Positions 24,334 through 37,400 of a stretch of 60,377 nt of DNA are shown here, piece by piece. The translations under genes were made by a program, and so were the position numbers. Below the pieces are notes generated by a model, which was given only the letters and a program-made list of their open reading frames with translations, was not told where the DNA came from and did no database searches. The stretch is from NCBI GenBank assembly GCA_002633005.1, contig NMRA01000405.1:315274-375650 (forward strand), written 5' to 3'. The first letter of the stretch is position 1. Each line of letters opens with the position of its first letter. Source of the DNA: Phoronis australis (Eukaryota > Animalia > Phoronida).

Positions 24334-25363
24334 CTGAAAAAAAAGGTTTCAAAATAACATGGTCACAACAGATCACGATGACCTGGCAAGCTGGCTGCAT
24401 TTGTTCTCCCATTCCCAGCTATGTAGCCATTGTTTCCGGTCGAATATTTCTCCTGGAAGCGGCCAAAAACCTCAATTTTAAGTACTTTCAGTGCACGTCG
24501 TATTAGATTTTTGCATGTAAGAACATTAACCAATGACTGAGCTGTTAAATAGGCTTTCTATTTTAAAGTATAAAATCTGGCTATAACCACCCAAACCGCA
24601 TCAAATTGGGAAACTCGATTACCTGAGTACCAGTTAACTGAAATCGTGCCTGTTCCAATGAATCACCGAGATCACGCTGACTTCGAGAATTGTGTCCGTC
24701 ACCAGGTGGCGACATATGTGAAATACGTGGACCGTATCGAAAGCTCAAAATATTAGCTCAGAGGCCCGTTTACCTAATATTTTTCTCATCATAGCGTTAA
24801 AACACTAGCAAGATATGTCACAATTTCCAAGTTTGTTTAATCCGTAGTGTTTGCACGTATCAAATGTTCCGAAGAACAAAACTAATTATCTTTTTGGGGG
24901 AAAATAAGTTTTAGTCAGAATACCGGAAAGAATTTATCGATCTCTTAGATAGGATTAAGAGGGCTAGTGGCTATTCATTTGTGAAAAAACTAATTCCAAA
25001 TGGAAAAAACGGCATTCCGTTCTCAACATAGAAATCCTAGTTGTCAAGGCAACGATGGAAATTTCCAGAACAAAGGGTCTTTCCGTTTCTATTTTTACAA
25101 TTCTCGCATGTTATCAGAGTTTCGCGAGAGGCTCCATACCATAAATATTCAAAGCGGAAACGTTATGTAGTTGCAAAATATTGTTTAAGATTTTACGAAA
25201 ATATAAAAAGGTGCAACAGACTGTTTTTCTTTGTAAAACTCTTTGTTAAAAGGGTATCTTCTGTCGCGTAATATCTTTTGAAAAATCTTCGCCTGCTATA
25301 GACAGAAACGAATCTAAGCGCTACCCCCTCCTAGATATCATTTGGAAATTTAAAGTTCCCAAC
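24334..25363. promoter_or_regulatory. Divergent (bidirectional) promoter region of BZW and DNAJC7, including a probable non-coding BZW first exon ending at 24623
   Basis: The two start codons are about 1 kb apart head-to-head. Minus-strand donor CAG|GTAATC at 24623/24622; CACCAGGTGGCG (CTCF-like) ~24700; TTTCGCGAGA ~25120; AACATGGC (YY1-like) at the DNAJC7 ATG. Confidence 0.6.
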
Positions 25364-25428
25364 ATGGCTGATGTTGCAGTGATGGAAGTGGATCCACATC
25401 GTGAAGTGGCAGAGCTTACCCCAGAACA
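25364..25428 (+). CDS. DNAJC7: DNAJC7 exon 1
   Basis: AACATGG start; [21 protein letters not shown]; phase-2 donor GTAATT fits exon 2. Confidence 0.8.
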
Positions 25429-28400
25429 GTAATTATAATCGTTGATTCTATTTCATCGGGAGACTCAACATGATAACACACGTTTGGAACGACGAATTTT
25501 CTGGGAATGTTCGACATATTCCTTAACTTTCACTTTCTATAAATTGGCGGGCTTTCGCTCGAAGTCGGAGAGTCGGAACTGGCGGGTCCAAACGCACTGA
25601 CAAATTTCTTCGAAAAATAACAGCTTTGTAATTTAATATTCTATGCATTCCATGGTACCTGAATTGTTCTGACAGTAGCCTACTTTTTAATGTTTTTCGT
25701 CTGGTCCTTAGCGAAGCCAAGGAGTCTTGCCACTACTCACTAGCTGACCAAATCAACCAGATACCAGACTCAGAGTGTCTTAAGAAGTCAAGTCTGGAGT
25801 TGAGTGTTAGACACAGTGACCAACATCTCTATCTGGCTCAGTATTGAAGCTTCATGCATTGAAAGCTTTTCAGTGAATTATGCCTCACACTGATTAAAAA
25901 TCTAAATGACATTGTTATATGTACCTTTTGGGCGTATATAGGGACACCTTATGAGGGCTTTATATGAGGCCATTAATGTGTTTAATTCCTTCCAACTCGA
26001 AGAAATACTCCTGTTATAAAACTTTTTCTTTGAGCAGCCCTTCGTTCAGTTCCCCAAATCAGAAACTGGCCATTTTTAACACTGCGCGCGGCAGGTAGTG
26101 TGACGTCACAGGGATCGACATAACGAGCTGCAGGTGGTATTTGCGACCTGAAATTTGGAAATGCGAGCTGAGATTTTTGTCAGCTCGTATCAAGTCGCAA
26201 AATGCGACCTGGAATTTCCAACGAATGCGAGCTGAGTTTTTACACTTCTCAACAGATACCTGGCAAAGTGGCAAATACAAAGCAGTTCTTGTTAATCCGA
26301 CCATTATTTGGTTGTTGCCAAATCCAAGTTCAAAAGACCACTAAGAGAGAACAGCCCTCCCAATGACTTGTAAGCAAGTCGCGTGAACATGGGATATGCA
26401 GAATCGATCTTTGACGCGTTTCATTGGCTAACACTTCCAGCCACTTTTGTAAATTCCCGGATTCGCCGAAGAAAGTTTCGGGCCACTGCTTAACACGTGA
26501 TAAAACTTCACAAAACAACGGTGTTTCTACTAATTCTTAAGCGATCAACTTACCAAACTTTGTGGTGGACAAACATGTTTATTTTTCACATAGGATGTCC
26601 TTATTACATGTACCAAATACCCACTACAATATCGCACTACGGCACCGTTAGCGCGCAAGCGGTCCCGGCAGACAATCGTGACTTAGACTGAGGTATGCTT
26701 CTCCTTTTTATTGTATTAAGACAGCCAAAGTGAAAATGACAACCTTATTAATCGCCAAACGACGGTCACGTCTTTACTTTCAGTTGCCAAGAAATTCTCA
26801 AACCCTTTACTTGTTTCTGAGGCTACGTGCGCGAAATATGATTTGTCTTTCACACGTTGTTGCCAACGTAAAGTGTAGGCCTACTCCAGCGATTCAAGTA
26901 CGTGAACTCACGTGTGCGCACCACTTCAAAGAACAGCGACAGTCCTAAATGAAAGAGTATACCGGTTTGGCTCTGGTTTATTTGAAAATGAACTCCCAGC
27001 CGTTTTAAAAGGCCCGATGTCCCGGTACCGATATTACCCAGAATTAATGTTTTCCTGTTCCGATGTTTCCCGATGTCGATGTTCTGTAAACCCTGTATTC
27101 TATGCCCGTAGCCAGCTATTGCAACTAAGCTGGCACTAGATGCGAAATTGTGGTTCAAGTTAGCGAACTTTTCATTCTTCTCTTTATACCCCATCCCCCC
27201 GGCAACTTTTCGTTCCCCGAACCACCGTCGCCGTAAAATGTTCAGACTCCTATAGAAACAACCTTGTTCCAGCTGAAGTGGGCAGTTAAAAACAAAATCA
27301 TTCCGGGTGGCTATAAAGGATACAATGTAGGTGGTAACGATATCCAGAAAGTCACCCCAAAATCGTATTATTATAACGTTTCTTACCATTGCAGCGTTTT
27401 AATATCTTATTACCTCAAACACTGAGGTTAACGACTATGCTCATGCACAAGCCTACTCCCTACCTTTAAAGTTTTTCATAATAAGCGCTCACTGATCTTT
27501 TATGAGTCCCCCCCCTTAAATTTCCAATTAAGCACCCACAATTCAAGCTAGCGCCCATCATAGCGCACTACAAACGACTGCATGTGGTTTAAAACTGACG
27601 CGCGGCTTATATGGTGAGTCACTTTCATTTTACACAACTTCAGTTTTCAAAAACGTCTTTTCACAATATGTAAAAACCAAATCCCGGCTTTGTTTTATAC
27701 CTCGGAAAGAAAGTTAACACTAGTGACATGCATGTCGTTTTGTGACTGACCTATTTTTCCTGTACTTGGAAGGTATTACCCGAGTTAGTTTGAATCGCTA
27801 ACAACTTTGATGACAGCCAGGAGCAGGCCAGGTCTAACAAAATCCCGGATACTTTTTCAACGGGCATTTTCTCCCTTTTCGCATCGCAAATTTAGCTACT
27901 CGAATGCACAAGTCAGTTAGAGAGCACTGATTCAACTTTCACGTCGGCAGCTTGCCTTGCACACTAGAGTCTTTGAATGGCGGTCGTGAAGAACAGTAAG
28001 GCCGTACCTGCACGAATGAAGTCAATTTTGAGATCCAAAGTTTGTGAGTATTTAACGCTGCAGGTAAGAGCATAAACTAAACATTTTCTTGATGATCTAA
28101 AAAATCTATTTTGGCGCGTAAAAATGGCGGGAAAATTTTGCAACCTGGCATTTACGAATGCGAGCTGGATTTTGAAAATGCGACCTGGGATTTTGGCTAG
28201 GTCGCAAAATGCGACCTGGCGATTTTAATAGCGTCGAGCCCTGCATCATTAGACAGTGACCACAGTCGCTAGTTCACTAGAGACAGTGTACAGCTCCTGT
28301 ATAGGAGCTTCATATGCCAGAAACTTTTTGGTGAGTTGTGCCTCACACTGACCAAAACACCAAAGTCACATTGTTATAAATACCTTTTGCGCATAGAGGG

Positions 28401-31400
28401 ACACCTTACCAATGCATTTAATTCCTTTCAACTTGAAGAAATACTCCCGTTATCAAACTTTTTCTTTGAGCAGTCCCTCGTTCTGTTCTCAAAATCGGAA
28501 ACTGGTCAGACACTGCATGTGGCAGTTGGTATGAAGTCATATATATGCGGAGTGTAAAAATGACCAGTTACCGATTTTGGGAACTGAACGAGGGACTGCT
28601 CAAAGAAAAAGTTTGATAATGGAAGTATTTTTTGGAGTCGCAAGGAATTAAATAGCATCAACGGCTTCCTAAGATGTCCCTCTATGCGTAACAGGTATTT
28701 ATAACAACTTTAAATTTTTTTTCATTGTGAGGCATAATTTGCCGAAAAGCTTCCAGCGTATGAAACTCCTATAGGAGCTACACCATCTCTAGCCGACTAG
28801 AGATGGTGGTCACTGTTTTTTTTTTAACAGCACATTTATTATAACTTTTTTCATGTTCATATATTTTACAAATACACAAGTTCAACTGAGAATGATTTTG
28901 TTTAAATGGCGTAATGAACGTATGGGGTTTCAGATTTCGCTTTTATTCACATCATGTGTTAGGGGTAATGCACAGGCATCGGCTCTTAGACATCGGCGTA
29001 TCCTGAATAACGCGGGAAACACTTGAAAATTCGAAAATATCAAACTCCACATCAAATTTCATAATCCCTCACCTGGGATACTAAACCGAAATTTTGATAA
29101 ATGGTGACACATAGCGTCTAGATCTTATGTGTTATCTTACCAAAAACAGTAGGTTTCGAGGTCGAACAAGCAATACCATCTGTAGAGTGTGTACTGTCTA
29201 ATGACGTCATATCCCCTACAGCGCAGTTTTAAAAATGGCCAGGTTCCAATTTTGAGAACTGAATAAAGGACTGCTCGAAGAAGAAGTTTCATAACAGGAG
29301 CATTTGTTTGAGTTGGAAGGAATTAAAGACATAGATTGCCTCCTCAGGTGCCCCTCTATGTGCCCCTCTATGTGCCCCTCTGTGTGCCCCTCTATGTGCC
29401 CCTCTATGTGTGCAAAACTTGACTTTGATTATGTAATCAGTGTGAGGCATAATTCGCCACAAACCTCCAGCAATAAATGATCTTCATTGAATTTTCTCAA
29501 AACTATCACTCACTAGTAGTTATCCAAAAAAATTAAGATCAATTTTTTACCGGTAAATGTTGTGAATAATGTTCTGAAAACTTAGTTCCGTTTGACAGGA
29601 AGTTGGCTCATACATGGGTTGAAGTTTTAGATTCCTAATGGTTTATTTTCAGGAAAGAAAAGACTGCGGAATCGAAGCGTCTCCAGGGCAATGAACTATA
29701 CAAGTGTAAAAAGTACTCAGAGGCAATCCAGTACTACTCAGAAGCAATCGGTATGAGTATAAGTAACATTTGCGCCAATTAACATAAGTATTTGACATAC
29801 AACTCTTTAATAGGCTGGTACCGAATTACACGGCAATAGAACTCTTCTTTGTCCTGGAAATAAGAAAGCGCGTGATTAGTTTTGGAAATCAGGCACATTT
29901 TCATGTCTCATTGATGTTAGGAAGCCGAAAAATTTCAGATCAAGTATCCACGGGTGTTTGTCCAGTTTATTGAAGTTCACTTAGCAGGTGCAACCCACAG
30001 CACAGTAGGTATTTCATTGCAATTGTAGGGATGAATAGCTGTGCAACGGAGAAAAACATGTAAAGAATCAGACAACAACGAATAACGTATGAAACTCCGG
30101 TGGCACGAAAACGAGTCATCAAATATGCCTGACTGATGTTGACTATTACATAACATTCAAGTGATTTCATTGTGTTCTATGTGCAAATGACGTCCAAGGC
30201 TTTAGAAAGAGATTGTGATTTGCATGTAGGAATCTTGTAGTGCTACAAATCAGTATTGTCTTTTAGTGTAGCCAGGATTTGAAGCCTAGTCTCCTAAGTC
30301 TGGGGCTCAGACCCTGGTCTCCTAAGTCTGGGGCTCAAACCCTGGTCTCATAAGTCCAGGTTTCAAACCCTGGTCTCCTAAGTCTGGGGTTCAAACCTTA
30401 GTCTCCTAAGTTTGGGGCTCAAACCCTGGTCTCCTAAGTCTGGGGCTCAAACCCTGGTCTCCTAAGTCTGGGGCTCAAACCCTGGTCTCATAAGTCCAGG
30501 TTTCAAACCCTGGTCTTCTAAGTCTGGGGCTCTAACCCTGGTCTCCTAAGTCTGGGGTTAAAACCCTTGCCTCCTAAGTTTGGGGCTCAAACCCTGGTCT
30601 CCTAAGTCTGGGGTTCAAACCCGGGTCTCCTAAGTCTGGGGCTCAAACCCTGGTCTCCTAAGTCTGGGATTCAAACCCTGGTCTCCTAAGTCTGGGGTCC
30701 AAACCCAGATCTCCTAAGTCTGGGGTTTAAACACTGTTCTCGCAGTGAGATCAGTAAACTATTCAGAGCTCATCTGATTGAGACTGATTAGCTTATTATT
30801 TTTTTCATCCATTTATTTTGTGTTGCGTTTTATTATATGCAGTAGACTTATAAACACGGCCAGACCAAAACATTCCAAGGTGAGGAGGTATTTTCGACAC
30901 CTGTGGTTTACCGTTGCATGTTACAGACTCAATAAGAAATCAAATTTCTCGACTTTTCACTGCATTTGTAGACTATTTACATACAGATGTTATATTTTTC
31001 TACCAATATATCATTGTTGTGAGCTCCTCTTTTACTTATTGTCATTTCCATATGACATCTGGATGCTGAGCCTTTATTTCTTGGAAAGTAAATAGGACCT
31101 AAGTTCTTAAAGTGGGGCTGATGCATGAAAAGACTCTTAATTATTTTCAATATTGAGAATTCAACATATGGTTTATTCTTGGTTTGTTTTGAAGCTAAAA
31201 CTTGCAATTAAGAGAAAATAGCAGAACGGGCGTTACTAGTAATCATTGTTTGCGTGGAGACCCTAGATGCACTGACAAGTGGTTGAGTCCCTTCTGTGAA
31301 TGTCTCTTGCAATTGGCCACTGGTTTCAGTGCTTAGGAACTTTTCTCAGGACTCAGAGGGACAGTAATAATTTCAAGTCGAACCTCTTGTTGAGTTTTGT

Positions 31401-34400
31401 GTTTCCTTTGAAATGTTTAGATCTTTGTCCGACTGGGGCACCATTTTATGGAAATCGGTCGGCCGCATTCATGATGATTGAAAACTATGAAGATGCACTA
31501 GAGGACGCACGTCAAGCCATCTTATTAGACAACACGTTTTTAAAAGTGAGTCGAGTATTACTCTACTTGTAGACGGTGTTTCTGTTACTGTAACGCTTGT
31601 TCATGATAAGAGCGTCATACCATGGGCTTATCAAGTCTACTATAGACACACGTTGGATAAATGAACTTCTTAATATGTAGATCACACTCTGATTTCAATT
31701 TGTTGCTAAGATTAGAAGTGTTCTGTGGTCTAGACATTAACTGACAGCCTAGACTCTTATCTTTAGTTAGCATAAAAGTAGAATAGAAAATACCAAAATT
31801 AATCCTTGATTTCAAAAAATACCAAAAATTAACTTTGATTTCGACTGAATGGATCATACCCCATACCCTGGTGGATATTTAGAATTTTAGGTGGTGTGCC
31901 CTTAAGGAGGAGACATACCTTTAATCATATTGGGACTGTTCCATCTCTCAAACAGAAAATTATTTCTCACAAAATGATGTAGCTTGAAAGTATCGAATGG
32001 GAGTGCTCCAACTGACACTATCTTTGTGTTCATTAAATTTCATTAGACATCAATCTTGTCACCCAACAACTCCTTCTTGTTTGTTAGAATAGCAGTGCCT
32101 GGACATATTGTGAAAACTTTTATTCCAGGCATACCTCAGGGCAGCCAAATGTCACGTTGCCCTGGGCAACCTTAAAGCAGCTGTGCATAGTTATAACAAG
32201 GCGTTAGAAATAGATCCCAGCAACCAAACGGCTGTTAATGAGGTAAGCTTTCTGCCTGACTAAATGACAGAGGAATGGGATTTAGTTCTATTCCTAAAGA
32301 TCCCATAAATCTGCTTTCCATATCAAAATTATACAATTGCTTTAGAACACTGAGTAGTAGTCTTGGAATTTTCTAGTTATTTTCCAGATTTTACTCGGAA
32401 TTACTGGAGGCCTTGTTGGCCAAGAAATACTTGGAAAACTCAGAACCAAGATTTTTTGTACTTTTGCTTGAGCACGTTTGGTGGTCCCAAACATAGTTAA
32501 TTACTCAGTCTGGGTATTTTTTCTTTTCTGAGTAATCTATGGGGTTGGCTTAAGTTTGGTGGTATCTGGCCTTGACATTATGCGTTATCTTCTATGCAGT
32601 GGCTTTTTGACTTATGGACATACCTTATGGGCTTCCAAAATGCTATGATGAGAATGTGAAATGCTTAATTAGCATAATTATGACATAATATTAACTGACG
32701 ACGAAGCTGTGAAATGTTGTAGCCCAGTATCACTTTCGTATTGCAATGTGATTTCCATTTTTGTAGCTCAAACAAACAGAGAGCCTGGTACAGTTGGAGG
32801 ATCGTAGTGAGACAGAATACAACAAAGGCGATTATAGGACGGTAGGTCATGTTTGCGGGTTAATGTAGATGTCACTCCTGGAAATCAAGTTCTCTCATAT
32901 TGTATTACTGTACTCTTACGAACTTATACCCAGCCAACGAATTATGCATGTCCTTGTAAACATTCATTAAGTGATTGATTTTAACTACCAAATCTAAAAT
33001 GTTCTCGCCGCATGTATCAATACTTTTCCATATGTGGAGAGATAGTTAAAATATGCTAAGAAATTACAGTGAATTAATCCATGTCTGTATCAGGACTTGA
33101 ATTACCAAATTTAGCAATAGGATTTTGTTCAGTTACCCAATTCGGGTGCTTTGTGGCTTCATGAACACAGTGCATGCTTTGCAGGCCCTATTCTGCATGG
33201 ACAGATGTGTCCAGAATGCACCGCGGTGTGTCAAGTTCAGCATTAGGAAGGCAGAGCTTCTTGTATATTTAGCCAGGTATTCAGAGGCCCAGGAGATTGT
33301 CAAGTAAGTAACTGGTGTTAATTGTTTAACTTGGGTAATTCTCCACTTATATAGCACAAAGCCACAGTTATGTAGCATTTCCATGTTTTAAAGACTGACT
33401 ACTTTACTGCAAATAATGGAAAAGTTATTGAAAATTCATTTTATGATGTCTACACAGTATAAACCATAAATTTTCTCAACCTTTATTTTTGTGGGGAAAT
33501 CTGACAAAGTATAATTTCAGTCGGCTGTATATTGTGTGCTAAGTGAGTGGAGAATTACCCTATGCAAAGCCGCAACGATTTCTCCTTAGTCTTTTTACAT
33601 ACGTTGCACTGTGGCTGGGAAGACAGTTTTGTCAAGGCAAGTCGCAAGAATGGGCTCCGGAAGCGAACACTATTGCCTGCTGGTGTTGACGGAAAAGCTT
33701 AGTGTTTTGATGTTTTTAGAAAAATCACTTTTTACACACCTGTAGGTGACTTTTCCATGGAATGAATTACGTTTACACGTAGTTGATCAACATCATATAT
33801 GAAAACTTCTACACTTCAGCAGGACATTGTGCACAATGCTGGTTTGATATCACAGGGATAAGACTTGTGAAATTGGTGAAATGTGTCTGTCTGTCTCAAC
33901 AGAACTTTGGTTGTGTAGTTTCAACAGTTGTGGGACAAGCAGAATAGCAATAATAGTAGTAGTAGGGAAGAGTTGGGTAGAAACATGTTCAGTGAATACG
34001 CGCAGATTTCTCAACACTGGTCCAGGCTAATATAAAAGCATATAATTGTAGGCAGTCTGATACACTTTGCGTATGTGGGCCCATTGCACTGATCACCTGG
34101 AACCATTTTTATGTTATATTAAAATATAGTTAAAACCAAGCTGAGAAGCTAGAAACCTGACTCAAGGGCTTGTTGGTATGACTCAGTGGGACTCGAACCC
34201 ATGACTTCGAGTAAGAAAGTGGGCACCTACTACACTAGGCCTCACTACCCTCTTCCAGGCTAATACTTAGACATTGAAAAGAAATAGATGCATTGCATAA
34301 ATAGTAAATGGAGTGAATAAACTGAAAATTAAGAAAATGAAATAACAGCTTATTTTTTAAATTATTTATTAATCTTATTGAAATCACATGAGCAAAAATT

Positions 34401-37400
34401 AAGTACTGAGCCTCAAAAGTGGGGACCCCTATATTAACGTAGGAGCAACCCGCCCAAAGACCCACCAAGAGTGGAACCCTGTATTAATATAAGGGGCCCC
34501 GATTTTCGGTTGCCTTTAGGTGAGGTGGCCTTATTGATATAGGGGGCCCACTTTCGAAGTTCAAATACAGATATCTTGATGATGTAATTTTAATAGGAAT
34601 AAGTCATTTTAATTGATAAGCATGTGAAAAACAACAACAACAACAACAAAAACAACAACAACAACAACAACATAATGTTGACATTAATTCCTCTGATCAC
34701 ACCTTTGCATGGACTGATTTATCGTGTTACAAGTTTGAGGATTAAGGCCTTTCCATAGCTTAAAGGAGCATGCCACCCAAAAACAACCTAATTTGTATCG
34801 ATTTATATCGAGTAGTCCTACTCCGTAAGGACACGTACGGTTGCGTTACCTGACACCTGACGGCAGAGGGAGGTGTTGAAATTAACACACGCAGTCTGTT
34901 CAGCAGTTCACAACACCGGTTACTGGTGTCATCTTATCGCTTGAAGTCATTGTTTAACACCAATAAATCATCAAACTTTGATGTAAAACCCTCAAAAATA
35001 TACCGATTTCTTATAAAAACATGTTGTTTTATTTCGCTCTTACGGATTTATTGGTATTTGGACACACCGTAGCCTACAAGTTCGGCAGGCCAATAAGGTC
35101 CGTAGCTGGAGTTTGGGGTCTGTTCGGAGATAATTTCGAAGTATTTTCCGTGAGATACAGACAGGAGAACCTAGATATGTGTTGTTTAGACTTGTGATTT
35201 TTTTAGTTCTAAACACAAAACGCTTATTAACCTGGCCAGTGGCTCGGAGCCCGATCAGGCCCGTCGTGGCCGGCCGGATTGACTCCGGCGTTATCCAGGC
35301 CAGTGCCTCGGAAACTGATCAGACATCAGGAACATAAACCAGCCAAAGTTCAGTGGAAACTAAGCTTCCAGTCAAGAAAATACTATACTAGTGAGCCAAA
35401 ATAATGTGCACCTGATTATGTTGGTGAATTAGCCACGGAACTGCAAATCTACTTACTCGTCAGGGGCTGCGAATTTAGGTTCTGCTTTGGCCACAGCACC
35501 GTCAGGGCAGAAGTTATACATTGACAATCATTATTTGAGTAATGAAAATGTAAATAAAGATTCCCTTAACACCTGGCCGTGGGATGGAAATCGAGTTGGT
35601 TCATAACAGTTTCTTCCAGCAAACACTAAATTTGCATGAGCTCACACGGCCTCGGTGTCCCGTCAATTAGTTTTATTGCACCTCAAGCCGGTAATGCAGT
35701 GATTTATTCATTGCTGGCTTCTCAAATCATTTGCACTCACAGGCCGACTCCAAAGGCATTACAAATTGCATCTAATGAGACAGACTTTGTTTCAGTTTTA
35801 TATAAGTATTGGTTAGGGTGAGAATAACTCATTTTGAAACGGAACACTCAATAATAAACGCCAGCATGGCAACTTGCAATCCCGACGTAGGACGAGCTAG
35901 TCCTCATCAGTCCCGACTTCGCAGGTGGATTGTTAAGTTTTACAGGCTATGAATTCGTACAGGAATACAGTGTTGAAGAGAGAGGTGCCGTGAACAAGCT
36001 CAGACAACGGAACGTATGGAGTTATTTGGTAAGCCGGCATTCGTCAGGCACTGTCGACGTCTGCAGGCCATAGACACGGAGATGTTTCACGGCCTCATAC
36101 TTGCTATTTACATCATACATTTCATTCTTCACTACCATGAGCCACTTCCTAAGCATTTCGGACTTTCGAGGAAGTAAAAAAATGATATACCCGCTTTCCT
36201 CACAGCTGCTTAGTTCGGACAAGCGGGAACGATGCATCACAACATAGCGGCATTCACTCTGCATATGAACCACTGACGTCGCTAGCGTCGTTTCTCACCT
36301 TCCTCACAGGTTAACGCGACACCTCTTGGCAAGGTAACGTCGACCGTATGCTAGGCGAAGTGGATATAGACCGATTAAGACAGCAAAAAAGACTAAGTAA
36401 ATCGGGTGGCATTTTCCTTTAACAGCTCTACAATACAAAACATATCTATGTATCTATCTATATTATGTATATCTTTTTGCACTGTGGTTGACTGTATGCT
36501 ATATTGCGTGCATGGTTTTTCCAGTGACATCTTGAGATTGGACTCCAGGAATGCGGATGCCATTTTTGTCCGAGGTCTATGTCTTTATTACGAAGATCAC
36601 ATCGACAAGGCTTTTCAACACTTTCAACAGGTGCTAAGATTTGCTCCTGACCACGTCATGGCCAGAGACACGTATAAAGTAAGGGACAAAACTGTTTGAT
36701 GCTATCAAATGTGGTATCAGTATGTCTTGTAACGAGTACGAGAATGATAAAGTGAAAAGTTGGTATGTCACATAGTGGAGGAAAGTAAGGGTAGTGGAAT
36801 TTTTTAGTTTTCACTTTTGGATTGTGCTTGTAGAAATTTGATTCATTTACCACAGGCTTGATAGTTGGTCGTTAAAATAAATTGAAAAAATCTAAGGAAA
36901 CAAACTTGTTTTAATATGATATTGAAAGTTGTTCATGCATACTCTATGAGTTAAGAAACAGTTAATGCTTTTGGCTGTGGGTTCTACAGCCTTTGTCAAA
37001 GTAATTATGTTATGAGATGTCATGTATTGTGGGGACATGTGTAGAACCCACGGCCAGAAGTGTTCACTAGTATGTAACTCATTGGCTGTACTCTAAGATC
37101 CTTTGAATATTATGTATTCGCCAGTCAAATGATTGTCACTGTCATTTTCACAAAATTTAAAAGTGTGGCCCAGCCGTTAACCTTTCCATTGTAAGTTTTA
37201 AACACCAGAAGAACTGAGCCTGTCCCTATCAGAGCAAGAATTCCTGTGACATGGTGATATCGTATGACAAAACCTTTCTTGCCTGAAATTGTACGACATT
37301 TTGTGACATTGAGTATTCTGTGACAAAATTTGAGAAATCTGCTGAGCTAAGTAGGCGGTTAATATTTCTTTAGGCTTGCAGTTATTTTATGCTGTGTCCA

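Larger units (their letters stand above)
25808..29475. mobile_element. Family D host copy split at its centre by nested insertions
   Basis: Left arm 25808-26108 and right arm 29201-~29475 are homologous to the 22710-23301 arms. Confidence 0.65.

Noticed and set aside
26330-27389. ORFs inside the hAT-like element (MFCEV.., LTCAHHF, 179-aa ORF)
   Set aside because: Only isolated zinc-finger-like words; no coherent transposase motifs
30285-30735. CRISPR-like regular repeats (also 42456-42770)
   Set aside because: Head-to-tail tandem units with no unique spacers, eukaryotic intron, no cas genes
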